Shown: positions 10,481 to 19,854, counted from the stretch's first letter. The stretch is DNA of 64,000 nucleotides from an uncultured Candidatus Saccharibacteria bacterium (GCA_964611205.1 CAZSZB010000004.1:12121-76120); one strand, 5' to 3'. Numbers and translations: made by a program. Notes: generated from the sequence alone by a model not told the origin.

Positions 10481-10888
10481 TTAGTCCTCCATAGCTGCTT
10501 GAATTTGGGTAGCTATGATAGCAAGATCGGCATCGCTTGCTTCTTTACCCTCGCTCATTACAAGGCCGAGGGCTTTATCTTTGTTGGGTAGTGGATAGAT
10601 TTTAATATGAACATGGGGTATGTCAAAACCTTCTACTACTAGACAGGTGCGAAACGGGTTGAGCGCTTTGTCGGTAGCCTGACCAACTTTCTTAGCAATA
10701 GAGAATAAATGTAAATAAGTCTCATTATCTAAATCAAAAGCATAGTCAATTTCCTTTTTTGGAATAACCAGGGACTGTCCTTTAACGGCTGGAAATTTAT
10801 CAAGAATAACAATACAAATTTCGTCTTCGTATAGGAAGTGAGCAGGGATTTCACGGTTTATGATTTTTGTAAAAATAGATTCTGACAT
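10481..10888 (-). CDS. HIT-family (histidine triad) protein
   Basis: The HVHIKIY histidine-triad motif is present in a 135-aa protein. Confidence 0.8.
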   Translation of the reverse strand: MSESIFTKIINREIPAHFLYEDEICIVILDKFPAVKGQSLVIPKKEIDYAFDLDNETYLHLFSIAKKVGQATDKALNPFRTCLVVEGFDIPHVHIKIYPLPNKDKALGLVMSEGKEASDADLAIIATQIQAAMED

Positions 10889-10945
10889 AACTGAATAGAT
10901 ATAAAAATAATGTCTGTTACGGAGGTAATGGTATCATAGACCAGT

Positions 10946-12643
10946 ATGACTAACTACCGTCTTCTAAAAACACTTAGCGATAAAGAAAAAATTGAACTGT
11001 CTGATTATTCCTCACTTCAACAACAGCTTTTAATAAACCGTGACATAAAAACTGCGACGGAGGCGGAAAGGTTCCTAAATCCTTCCTTTGCGGAGGAATT
11101 AAACGATCCTTGGCTCATGCCTGATATGAAAAAGGCAGTTAAAAGAATACTTAAAGCTATAAAAGACGACGAGAAAGTCACTATTTTTAGTGATTATGAC
11201 TGTGATGGTATACCGGGAGCAGTTATTCTTCATGATTTCTTTAAGGCAGTTGGGTTTCATAATTTTGTAAATTATATTCCCCATCGGCATTATGAAGGAT
11301 TTGGTTTTAGCCAAGAAGCTGCGGAGAAGATTTCTACTGATCAGTCAACTTTGGTTATAACTATTGATTGCGGTACTACCAGTGTGGAAGCAGTAGAGAA
11401 AGCTAATGAGTTAGGTCTTGATGTAATCATTACTGATCATCATGAAGCCGGGTCACAATTACCACCAGCAGTCGCAATTGTTAATCCTAAAATAGGAGAT
11501 TCATATCCTTTCCCTTATCTGTGTGGCGCCGGTGTAGTGTACAAACTTGTGCAAGCTTTACTTGAAGAGGGTGATTTCGAACTCAAAACCGGATGGGAGA
11601 AATGGTGGTTAGATATGGTCGGTCTGGCAACAGTGGCAGATATGGTTCCACTGACTGGTGAGAATCGAGTTTTGGCTAAATATGGTTTGGATGTTTTGCG
11701 TAAATCTAGACGACCCGGTCTACAGCAGTTGCTACGGAAGCAAAGGGTAGACCAAAGGACTTTGACCGAAGAAGATATTGGTTTCACTATTGGTCCTCGT
11801 ATAAACGCTGCTTCTCGTATGGATACGCCCGAAGATGCGTTTCATATGCTAGCTACTACAGATGAGGGTGAAGCTGGAGCTAGAGTGGATCATCTAGAAT
11901 CTTTAAATACTAAGCGTAAGACCACGGTTGCTTTGATGACTAAAGAAATACATAAGCGGATGAAAGAGTTGATAGAAGTGCCAGCAGTCATAGTGTTAGG
12001 AAACCCGAACTGGCGTCCGTCCTTGGTTGGTCTGTCGGCTGGTAAATTAGCCGATGAGTTTGGTAAACCAGCCTTTATCTGGGGGCGTGACGGTAATGGC
12101 ATAATAAAAGGCTCATGTCGTTCTGGTGGTCAAATTAGCGTCGTTAAGCTGATGGAGGAGGTGAGTGGTTCTTTAATCGAACATGGTGGCCATCATTTTT
12201 CTGGTGGTTTTAGTGTTTTAGAAAGTGAGATACATACTTTGCCAATGATATTGAACAAGGCTTACGAAAAATTGGGAGAGGAATCTTTAGTTTCAGAAGA
12301 GTTAGCCGTGGATACGGTAGTGAGATTAGAGGATATAGACAACCAGTTTATAAATGACCAAAAATCACTAGCTCCTTTTGGAGTGGATAATCCCAAACCA
12401 GTTTATTTGATTGAAAATATCACGGCCGTTAGCGTAGATCTTTTTGGTAAAACTAAAGAACATACCAAATTAGTTTTTAATACTACAGGCTTGGTCAGAG
12501 AAGCCATTGCCTTTTTTCGCTCATTTGATACTTTTACAAAAACTCCAGAAATAGGAAAGAGTGTTTCACTGCTGTGCCATTTAGAACAATCCTATTTTAT
12601 GGGTCGCTTACAAACCCGTCTTCGCATAATAGATATAATCTAA
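10946..12643 (+). CDS. recJ: Single-stranded-DNA-specific exonuclease RecJ
   Basis: The DHH motif (ITDHHEAG) and DHHA1 region are present in a 565-aa protein. Confidence 0.85.
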   Translation: MTNYRLLKTLSDKEKIELSDYSSLQQQLLINRDIKTATEAERFLNPSFAEELNDPWLMPDMKKAVKRILKAIKDDEKVTIFSDYDCDGIPGAVILHDFFKAVGFHNFVNYIPHRHYEGFGFSQEAAEKISTDQSTLVITIDCGTTSVEAVEKANELGLDVIITDHHEAGSQLPPAVAIVNPKIGDSYPFPYLCGAGVVYKLVQALLEEGDFELKTGWEKWWLDMVGLATVADMVPLTGENRVLAKYGLDVLRKSRRPGLQQLLRKQRVDQRTLTEEDIGFTIGPRINAASRMDTPEDAFHMLATTDEGEAGARVDHLESLNTKRKTTVALMTKEIHKRMKELIEVPAVIVLGNPNWRPSLVGLSAGKLADEFGKPAFIWGRDGNGIIKGSCRSGGQISVVKLMEEVSGSLIEHGGHHFSGGFSVLESEIHTLPMILNKAYEKLGEESLVSEELAVDTVVRLEDIDNQFINDQKSLAPFGVDNPKPVYLIENITAVSVDLFGKTKEHTKLVFNTTGLVREAIAFFRSFDTFTKTPEIGKSVSLLCHLEQSYFMGRLQTRLRIIDII

Positions 12644-12731
12644 ATCATAAAAGAGGTGGTTATGAATATGTTATCAATGACTATATAAGTGTTTGTTTGG
12701 AAGACAAAAATAGTGTTATAGTTAGCGGAAT

Positions 12732-13151
12732 ATGGAAAAAATAATTGTCTACACGGATGGTGGAGCGCGTGGTAATCCAGGGCCAGCAGCAATTGGGGTT
12801 CATATTGTTGATGATTCTGGTCAGGTTGTGAAAGAAGCAAAAGAAACAATTGGAAATAGTACAAATAATTTTGCCGAGTATTATGGTGTGTTGCGTGGCT
12901 TACAATTGCTAAAAGAGTTATACGGAAAAAAGACCAAAGACATGGAAATTGAATTGAGAATGGATTCGGAATTGGTAAAAAAACAACTAAATGGAGAGTA
13001 CCAAATAAAAGAACCTGGCCTGGTACCGATGTTTATGGAAATTCATAACCTGCGAGTAGCGAACTTTTCGAATCTTACCCTAACTCACATAAAAAGATCG
13101 TTAAATAAAGAAGCAGATCGCTTGGTCAATGAAGCGCTTGATGGTAAGTAG
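12732..13151 (+). CDS. rnhA: Ribonuclease HI
   Basis: The N-terminus YTDGGARGNPGPAAIGV and the acidic catalytic residues (AEY, DSELV, NKEAD) are present. Confidence 0.8.
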   Translation: MEKIIVYTDGGARGNPGPAAIGVHIVDDSGQVVKEAKETIGNSTNNFAEYYGVLRGLQLLKELYGKKTKDMEIELRMDSELVKKQLNGEYQIKEPGLVPMFMEIHNLRVANFSNLTLTHIKRSLNKEADRLVNEALDGK

Positions 13152-13159
13152 AGAAATTT

Positions 13160-13549
13160 GAATATTTATTTAGTCACCATAAGCGAGGGTTTCTTGATAA
13201 GCTGCATAACTGCATTTGACAGAGTGATAGCTAGTTTGTATCTTGGGTGCAGAGGTTATCATCAACTGGGGGATGATAATCGGCTTGTATGTTTAGACCC
13301 CAGGGAAAGGCTTCGACATGTCTAGATATCATGTTGTCACCGACACCCGTCTTCACCATGATGACAATGGAGGAGGTCACCTGGATCTACCGCACTGCTT
13401 CGAGCGCTGGAAAAGCTAGCCCCTAGCGGCTGTCCGTACGGCCATCGCAGGTCAGGATAAGAGCCAACTGGGGCCGCTTTCTAAAAGCACCAACCAGATT
13501 AAACTGGCCCTCTCCTACATTCTGCAGGAGAGGGCCTCAATTTTTTTTG
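13160..13549 (+). ncRNA. Candidate structured non-coding RNA of unknown class (~390 nt) ending at a strong terminator
   Basis: It is a GC-enriched, ORF-free stretch in an AT-rich genome. It contains several local hairpins (for example GTTATCATC/GATGATAAT and GACATG/CATGTtGTC) and ends with a terminator carrying eight Ts. Confidence 0.3.
13506..13548 (+). terminator. Rho-independent terminator
   Basis: Perfect 11-bp stem GGCCCTCTCCT/AGGAGAGGGCC with a 9-nt loop, followed by TCAA and eight Ts. Confidence 0.75.
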
Positions 13550-13572
13550 ATACACTCTATTTATATTTAAGT

Positions 13573-15183
13573 ATGAGTGGTTTTTCTTTTTATGCAGGAA
13601 TATTTGGTTTTTGTTTAGGAATTCTCGGTCATGAATTTTTAGGTTTTGATTTACTGATAAGTGTTTGGACACTACTTCTGGCACTAGCGGTGGCTTTAGT
13701 GTGGCGTAAAAATCGTTTATCGATTTTTACGCCATTTATTTTGGCTCTCTGTATTTTGTTCCTATTTTTGTCTTTTGGTATTGTGCGTACTGAGTTTGCC
13801 GATTGGTATGGAGTGAGTAATTTTCCAGACAGTGAGGTCAATCAGGAGGTTTCCTTAACAGGAGTTATCGTGCGGGAGGTAGATAGGCGGGAAAAAACAC
13901 AGCACTTATATATTAGTGATGGAGCAGAAAAGTTTTTAGTGATAACAGATAGATTTTCTGATTTTTCTTATGGTGATGAGGTCGTTGTCAAAGGTATTTT
14001 AAAACAACCAGAAGCATTTGCGACCGATTTGGGTAGGACTTTTAATTATCCTGGTTATTTGAAAACTCAAGGCGTAAATTTGATGTTTATTTATCCTGAA
14101 GTTGATAAATTATCGACTGGTAATGGAAATTATGTTTTAGCTACACTACTCAGTTTCAAACAAGCTTTTATGTCCAAGATAGAAAGTCTGATTGCTGAAC
14201 CAGCGGTTGGTTTGGGCGAGGGTTTGTTGTTGGGGGTGAAGCGAGCTTTGGGTGACGAACTGGAGTTAATATTTAGGCGAACTGGCATTATTCATATTGT
14301 AGTACTTTCTGGCTATAACGTTTCTTTGGTCATTCTTTTTGTGATGTATATCTTAGCTTACATACTACCGTATAGAGCTAGATTACTAGTAGGGATGCTC
14401 GCCATTGTAGCCTTTTGTCTTTTAGTAGGACTCTCGGCGACCGTTTTACGGGCTGGTTTAATGGCCTCGCTGATATTGTTGGCCAGATTCACTGGCCGCA
14501 CAAACTCTGTGATGAGAGGATTAATGTTAGCCGGATTTTTAATGTTACTTATTAACCCTTATTCGTTAGCTTATGACGTTGGTTTCCAATTGTCTTTTTT
14601 GGCCACTATGGCTCTAATTTTGTTAGCTAAAAAAATTGAGTCAATTTGTGGTTTTATGCCTGAAACTCTTAAGTTGCGAGAATTCTTTGTTGCTACTTTA
14701 ACTACTCAACTTTTTGTATTGCCATTACTTTTATACCAAATCGGGGAATTCTCACTGGTTTCGTTAATAGTTAATGTTTTGGTTTTGCCGATGGTGGCAC
14801 CAGCTATGCTACTAACTTTTTTAACCGGAATGATTGGTTTTGTTTCGCTATCTTTAGCCTGGCCTTTTGCTTGGTTAGCTCAATTATCCCTTGAATATAT
14901 CTTGGCGGTGGCTCGTTTCTTTGGCGGTCTGTCTTTTGCTGCTTATACAGTACCAACTTTTCCATTTTGGTTGGTAATGTTGTTTTATTCTTTATTAGCT
15001 TACGTTGTTTGGCAGCTGCTTCGAGAAAGTGCAGAACTAGACTCTGTGAAAAAGGGTGAGCCACCAATCAGACCTGATGTTAATCATTGGGAAATAGAAG
15101 ATGAGATAAGTTTGTTAAAAAAACTTAAGGAAAAAGAAATGTCACCAAATGATAATAAAGAACTACCAATATTCTTTCGCTAA
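13573..15183 (+). CDS. comEC: ComEC/Rec2 DNA-uptake channel, membrane competence domain only (no beta-lactamase domain)
   Basis: The 536-aa polytopic membrane protein has ComEC-type architecture but lacks the C-terminal metallo-beta-lactamase domain. Confidence 0.7.
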   Translation: MSGFSFYAGIFGFCLGILGHEFLGFDLLISVWTLLLALAVALVWRKNRLSIFTPFILALCILFLFLSFGIVRTEFADWYGVSNFPDSEVNQEVSLTGVIVREVDRREKTQHLYISDGAEKFLVITDRFSDFSYGDEVVVKGILKQPEAFATDLGRTFNYPGYLKTQGVNLMFIYPEVDKLSTGNGNYVLATLLSFKQAFMSKIESLIAEPAVGLGEGLLLGVKRALGDELELIFRRTGIIHIVVLSGYNVSLVILFVMYILAYILPYRARLLVGMLAIVAFCLLVGLSATVLRAGLMASLILLARFTGRTNSVMRGLMLAGFLMLLINPYSLAYDVGFQLSFLATMALILLAKKIESICGFMPETLKLREFFVATLTTQLFVLPLLLYQIGEFSLVSLIVNVLVLPMVAPAMLLTFLTGMIGFVSLSLAWPFAWLAQLSLEYILAVARFFGGLSFAAYTVPTFPFWLVMLFYSLLAYVVWQLLRESAELDSVKKGEPPIRPDVNHWEIEDEISLLKKLKEKEMSPNDNKELPIFFR

Positions 15184-15206
15184 GTAGTTTTTTGTGGTTA
15201 TAATAT

Positions 15207-15821
15207 GTGTATATGGAAAAAATTAGTATATTTAGGTCTTTAAAAGCTGGTTGGTCACATTTTGTGTTGCGACCATGGTACCTCTTCGGACTTACTATGG
15301 CAGTCATTATCATTATGATGTTTGTTACTGGTAACGCTATGATGACAGCTCTGACCAGTATCATTTATGGAGGTTATTTAATTTTATTATTTAAACATTC
15401 AGCTGGAGAGAAAGTAGAATTCGATGATCTTTTTACTATCGACAGACGTTGGATATCTCTGGCAGCAGTTTTGATTCTTAAAACACTACTTGTAGGACTA
15501 GGCTTCCTCCTCTTTATTTTGCCAGGTATCTACTTAGCTATCAGATGGATGTTTGCTGAGTATTTAGTTATTGATCAAAATATGACTCCTGTACAAGCCT
15601 TGCGCGCTAGTAGTGAACTAACTAAAGGTTACTGGTGGAAGTTGTTTGGATTTTCTTTAGTATCCGTATTGTTAGTTTTCTTAGGAACTCTAGTGTTCCT
15701 CGTTGGTTTATTTGTGGTTATTTTGGTAGTGACATTAGCCACCATTCATCTTTACCACCAATTACGAGCAATCAAAGAGACACGGACTGAATCTCTAGAA
15801 TTGTCGAATGAATCGGAATAG
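15207..15821 (+). CDS. Integral membrane protein of unknown function
   Basis: The 204-aa protein has four predicted transmembrane helices. Confidence 0.5.
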   Translation: MYMEKISIFRSLKAGWSHFVLRPWYLFGLTMAVIIIMMFVTGNAMMTALTSIIYGGYLILLFKHSAGEKVEFDDLFTIDRRWISLAAVLILKTLLVGLGFLLFILPGIYLAIRWMFAEYLVIDQNMTPVQALRASSELTKGYWWKLFGFSLVSVLLVFLGTLVFLVGLFVVILVVTLATIHLYHQLRAIKETRTESLELSNESE

Positions 15822-15829
15822 TCGATGAT

Positions 15830-15878
15830 AAAAATAAAACCGCTCTTCTTGAAGAGCGGTTTTATTTTTATTTTTTGT
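15830..15878. terminator. Bidirectional intrinsic terminator between convergent genes
   Basis: Stem AAACCGCTCTTC, loop ttga, stem AGAGCGGTTT, with an A-run before and a T-run after. Confidence 0.65.
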
Positions 15879-16435
15879 TAAACCCTTTCTGCTACTACTG
15901 CCCAGTTTAGGTTTCGGAAAAAAGCGTCGATATATTTGGCTTTCTCACTGGGTGGATAATCAAGCATATAAGAATGTTCCCACATATCTAAAGCCAGTAC
16001 GATATCGGCGTCAGGTAGTTGTCCTAATTGTTGTTCATCTACCCAAGTGGTTATTAGGTGATCTGTGGATCGGTCTACATAACACATCGCCCAACCGACT
16101 CCACGAGTGGAAGCAATGCCCTTGAACATTGTGACAAAATTATCTAAAGAACCATATTCTTTGTCGATCAAATTTTTGAAATCACCTTCTGGACATTCAG
16201 TGGCACCGCCTTCAAATTGTGAAAAATAGTATTCATGATTTTTCATACCACCAAATTCAAAGCCTAGTCGTCTCTGCATTTCTGATCGAGCATAGGGGTC
16301 GTTGATGCTGTCTAAGGTTTCTCGAATATGGTTAACATTTTTTACATAACCTTGGTATAGTCCCAAATGTTCATCGATGGTTTGTTTGGAAATGCCATCT
16401 AGTTCTCCAATGGCAAAAGTTTTAGGTATATACAT
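15878..16435 (-). CDS. Fe/Mn-family superoxide dismutase
   Basis: The C-terminal motif DMWEHSYMLDY matches DVWEHAYY of Fe/Mn SODs. The metal-ligand His residues are conserved and the family HH dipeptide is replaced by QG/Y. Confidence 0.75.
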   Translation of the reverse strand: MYIPKTFAIGELDGISKQTIDEHLGLYQGYVKNVNHIRETLDSINDPYARSEMQRRLGFEFGGMKNHEYYFSQFEGGATECPEGDFKNLIDKEYGSLDNFVTMFKGIASTRGVGWAMCYVDRSTDHLITTWVDEQQLGQLPDADIVLALDMWEHSYMLDYPPSEKAKYIDAFFRNLNWAVVAERV

Positions 16436-16479
16436 GGATAAGTTAATTTATTGTTATAGACCGATTGTATCATAAGTAG

Positions 16480-17343
16480 ATGTTTACTCAGTGGGAGAAA
16501 AAACGTTTTTTGAGTTTAATTTTATTAGGATTGTCTGCAATCTTAATTTGGTATTTACCCACTTCTGGTATTCAAAATGATTCGCCATATCTACAAGTTC
16601 ATTTTTTAGATGTGGGACAGGGCGATGCAATCTTTATAGAAACTCCAGATAATGTTCAAGTATTAGTGGATGGTGGACCAAATCAAAGGGTGCTCCAAGA
16701 GTTATCTGGAAAAATGAACTTTTCAGATTTTGGTTTAGATATGGTGATAGGAACCCACCCAGACAGTGATCATATCGGTGGATTAGTAGGCGTACTGGAG
16801 AGATACCAGGTCGATACTTTATTGGTGACAGACAATAAGGGAGATAGTCAGACTGCTGCTCTTTATAACAAATTAATTGCCGCTGAAGGAGCTGCAATAA
16901 TCTACGCGCGTCGAGGTCAAGTTTTTAGTTTAGGTGCTTCTACCACCTTGGAAGTACTGTGGCCAGAAACTGATACTACTGATATGGAGAGTAATGCTTC
17001 CTCCATCGTTTTGCGTATTATTTACGGCAAGACCAGCTTTCTTTTAACTGGTGATGCTCCTAAAAGAATAGAAGAATATCTGGTGTTAGCTGAGGGTGAG
17101 AGTTTGCAAAGTGATGTGTTAAAAATAGGACATCATGGTTCGCGTACCTCGACTGCACAAATGTTTCTAGAAGAAGTGCAACCAGAATACGCGGTCATTT
17201 CAGCTGGAGAGAATAATCGCTATGGTCACCCCCATGTAGAAGTTACTGATATGCTTTTTAATTCTAGAGTGAAAACTCTCAACACGGCCGAAGAGGGAAC
17301 TATTACATTTTTAAGTGACGGAGAAAAGGTGTGGGTAGAGTAA
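16480..17343 (+). CDS. ComEC-type metallo-beta-lactamase domain protein (the detached C-terminal domain of ComEC)
   Basis: Motifs HFLDVGQGDA and HPDSDHIGG match an MBL fold with an N-terminal membrane anchor, as in the ComEC C-terminus. Confidence 0.7.
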   Translation: MFTQWEKKRFLSLILLGLSAILIWYLPTSGIQNDSPYLQVHFLDVGQGDAIFIETPDNVQVLVDGGPNQRVLQELSGKMNFSDFGLDMVIGTHPDSDHIGGLVGVLERYQVDTLLVTDNKGDSQTAALYNKLIAAEGAAIIYARRGQVFSLGASTTLEVLWPETDTTDMESNASSIVLRIIYGKTSFLLTGDAPKRIEEYLVLAEGESLQSDVLKIGHHGSRTSTAQMFLEEVQPEYAVISAGENNRYGHPHVEVTDMLFNSRVKTLNTAEEGTITFLSDGEKVWVE

Positions 17344-17385
17344 GAAAAAAAAGCACACTAATCAGTGTGCTTTTTCTCTACTTAT
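17343..17385. terminator. Bidirectional intrinsic terminator
   Basis: Stem AGCACACT, loop aatc, stem AGTGTGCT, flanked by an A-run and a T-run. Confidence 0.6.
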
Positions 17386-17391
17386 TTTAGT

Positions 17392-17634
17392 TTATATAAG
17401 TCGAGCAGCTTTCAAAGTTTTGTAAGCTCCGTTCTTAGCTATGGTACGTAGACCTTTGGTCGAAACATTAACTGTAACTTTTTGGTCAATCTCTGGTACA
17501 TAGATTCGTTTTTTTTGCAGGTTTGGTTGACGTGAAACTTTTCCGCAAGGGTTAAACTGCGTTGCCCGAGTTCGGTTACTGTAACGCCCTCCAATTTGAG
17601 TTTTTTTACCTGTGATTTCGCATTGCTTTGCCAT
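17392..17634 (-). CDS. rpmB: Ribosomal protein L28
   Basis: The 80-aa protein starts MAKQCEITGKK and matches L28. Confidence 0.9.
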   Translation of the reverse strand: MAKQCEITGKKTQIGGRYSNRTRATQFNPCGKVSRQPNLQKKRIYVPEIDQKVTVNVSTKGLRTIAKNGAYKTLKAARLI

Positions 17635-17748
17635 ATTTGCTGTATTTAGTGGGGGTATCGTACCATAACGTAATAAAATCGCAAGGGTAATTGAATCAAT
17701 GAATATACAGATGTTGGTTGAGAATTATCATGTTATGCTAATGCCCAT

Positions 17749-18378
17749 ATGGAACAAATAGTTATTCTTGTGGCGCTAATATTATCAATCGTTATTCACG
17801 AAGTGGCTCATGGCCATGCTGCTAATTGGTTGGGCGATCCTACCGCTCGCTTACAGGGTCGTTTGTCAGCTAACCCTTTAGTACACATCGATCCTCTTGG
17901 TTCGATTATCATTCCAGCCCTACTGTTTTTTGGAAACGCTGGTATTTTGTTTGGTTGGGCTAAACCAGTACCATATAATCCGTATAATCTGCGTAATCAA
18001 AAATGGGGTGAAGCGATTGTAGCCGCCGCCGGTCCAGCGGTGAACATACTTTTGGCTGTTATATTTTCTATTTTAATTCGTTTGACCCCAGTCTTGGGTC
18101 TAGATCAGGTGATGATAAGTCTTTTTTATTACATTGTTTTCATCAATGTAGTTTTAGCATTATTTAATATGATTCCGATTCCACCACTGGATGGTTCAAA
18201 AATATTGCTAGCCATATTACCGCCTTCAGCACAGATTGGTTATCGAAATTTTATTTCTCTTATGGAAAGATGGGGTCTATTTGGTATGTTCGCCTTCATC
18301 TTCTTATTTATGACGATTTTTGCAGATTCTTTCTTCAGGTATATAGAATCTCTAGTATTGTTATTGACCGGACTCTAG
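17749..18378 (+). CDS. M50-family (site-2 protease-like) membrane zinc metalloprotease
   Basis: An HEVAHG zinc-binding motif sits within a transmembrane helix of a polytopic protein. Confidence 0.7.
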   Translation: MEQIVILVALILSIVIHEVAHGHAANWLGDPTARLQGRLSANPLVHIDPLGSIIIPALLFFGNAGILFGWAKPVPYNPYNLRNQKWGEAIVAAAGPAVNILLAVIFSILIRLTPVLGLDQVMISLFYYIVFINVVLALFNMIPIPPLDGSKILLAILPPSAQIGYRNFISLMERWGLFGMFAFIFLFMTIFADSFFRYIESLVLLLTGL

Positions 18379-18404
18379 TTATTCTGTAAAATAATTCCAG
18401 TAGT

Positions 18405-18493
18405 TGTCCTGGAGATGATGTCCACCCCTCTGCGAGGAGAGATGATTCTCCAGGATGTGGACCCGCACATCTCTCCTCGCAACAACCCTTTCG
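18405..18493 (+). promoter_or_regulatory. GC-rich structured element with interleaved (pseudoknot-like) complementarity in the rpsL 5' leader
   Basis: GCGAGGAGAGATG pairs with CATCTCTCCTCGC (13 bp). Interleaved with it, TCCTGGAGA pairs with TCTCCAGGA and GTCCAC pairs with GTGGAC. Confidence 0.3.
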
Positions 18494-18594
18494 CGAACTT
18501 TTAGTTCGCGTTTTTAATTTTCTTAATTTATTTGTTTGAGAATAAATATCTGCTTGCACAAATACTGAAATATAGTATTGTAGGCGAGCTAATT

Positions 18595-19008
18595 ATGGCA
18601 ACAATCAATCAATTAACACGCAAAGCTCGTAAAGATAAGCCTTTCAAATCGAAGGTGGCTGCTTTGCAGTCTGGCTTTAACTCTATTAAGAATAAGTCAA
18701 ATACATACAACTCACCATTTAAACGAGGAGTATGTACTCGTGTGACTACCAAGACTCCGCGTAAGCCGAACTCTGCGATTCGAAAAATCGCTCGTGTTCG
18801 TCTAAGTAACGGTCAAGAAATTACCGCTTACATCCCGGGTATTGGTCACACACTGCAAGAGCACTCAGTTGTTCTAGTACGAGGTGGACGCGTCAAAGAC
18901 ATCGGTGTGAACTACACTGTAGTACGAGGTAAATACGATGCTACCGGCGTCGATGCTCGTCGACAGGGCCGTTCACGATATGGTGCAAAAATGCCGAAAG
19001 GCGAGTAG
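18595..19008 (+). CDS. rpsL: Ribosomal protein S12
   Basis: The protein starts [15 protein letters not shown]. The in-frame upstream ATG at 18532 is rejected as the start. Confidence 0.95.
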   Translation: MATINQLTRKARKDKPFKSKVAALQSGFNSIKNKSNTYNSPFKRGVCTRVTTKTPRKPNSAIRKIARVRLSNGQEITAYIPGIGHTLQEHSVVLVRGGRVKDIGVNYTVVRGKYDATGVDARRQGRSRYGAKMPKGE

Positions 19009-19161
19009 AGTTAAGCGGAACTCTAAAACAAATTAATAGTTTATATTCGCTACAGATTATAGGAAGCGATTCAACCTCTCGGGGTAAGGAATCAAATTAT
19101 GCGAAGAATGAAAGAATGATTTTGTCATACTCTCATTTCTCGCTCATAACTAAAAAAAGTC

Positions 19162-19635
19162 ATGAGACGACCAATTAAAAAAAGACCAGTAGTTAAACCA
19201 GACGTTAGATACGAATCTGTGGAAGTTGAACGTTTAATCAACTACATTATGTTGCGTGGACAAAAAGAAACTGCTCGTAAGATAGTGTATGCGGCGTTTG
19301 AAGAAATAAAAAATGCTAAAGAAGGCGGTGGAGATCCAGTAGAGATTTTTAATGCAGCTGTTAGAAATGCTGGGCCACAAATGGAAGTTCGTTCACGTCG
19401 AGTAGGTGGTGCAAACTACCAAGTACCACGTGAGGTACGTCCTGAGCGCCGGCTATCATTAGCTCTTCGTTGGTTAATAGCTTCTGCTCGTAAGCAGAAA
19501 GGTCAACCAATGTTTAAAGCTTTAGCTAACGAATTGATGCTAGCAGCCCGTGAAGAAGGGGATGCTGTAAAGAAGAAGGAAGATACTCATAAGATGGCTG
19601 AGGCTAACAGGGCGTTTGCGCACTTTGCCTGGTAG
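19162..19635 (+). CDS. rpsG: Ribosomal protein S7
   Basis: The 157-aa protein matches S7. Confidence 0.95.
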   Translation: MRRPIKKRPVVKPDVRYESVEVERLINYIMLRGQKETARKIVYAAFEEIKNAKEGGGDPVEIFNAAVRNAGPQMEVRSRRVGGANYQVPREVRPERRLSLALRWLIASARKQKGQPMFKALANELMLAAREEGDAVKKKEDTHKMAEANRAFAHFAW

Positions 19636-19672
19636 AAACAGGAAAATTCAGCGACTAACTTTGTCACACTAC

Positions 19673-19720
19673 GAAAAAAGACCCTCCCTGGACTCTTGTC
19701 CCAGTCGGGTCTTTTTTCTT
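19673..19720. terminator. Intrinsic terminator after rpsG, bidirectional
   Basis: A-run, stem GACCC...GGGTC, then six Ts. Confidence 0.55.
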
Positions 19721-19817
19721 GTGCTCCGCGTTAATCATCTGAATTATCCAGTTTCTTGAGGGGTACTTGATCTCTTTTGAATAAATACTTTATATTTTGT
19801 CTTGCTTTCAAATTTAG

Positions 19818-19854
19818 AACAACAAGTTCGAGACCAGGTCTCGAACTTGTTGTT
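19818..19854 (-). terminator. Perfect 18-bp palindrome just 3' of the minus-strand gene; terminator or protein-binding site
   Basis: AACAACAAGTTCGAGACC, a single a, then GGTCTCGAACTTGTTGTT. Confidence 0.4.

Noticed and set aside
12640-12864. Minus-strand ORF 12640-12864
   Set aside because: It overlaps the rnhA start region on the opposite strand and has low-complexity translation.
13160-13549. Assigning the 13.2-13.5 kb structured region to RNase P RNA, SRP RNA or tmRNA
   Set aside because: The P4 consensus (GGAAAGUCCGG... / ACAGAAnCCGGCUUA) and the J11/12 motifs are absent. Only a partial CAGGUCAGG resembles SRP helix 8, without the GNRA apex or AGCAG. tmRNA was found at 50665-51060. The region is left as an unclassified candidate.
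18532-18594. Upstream ATG extension of rpsL ([21 protein letters not shown]-)
   Set aside because: S12 universally begins MATINQL; the extension is unconserved leader sequence.
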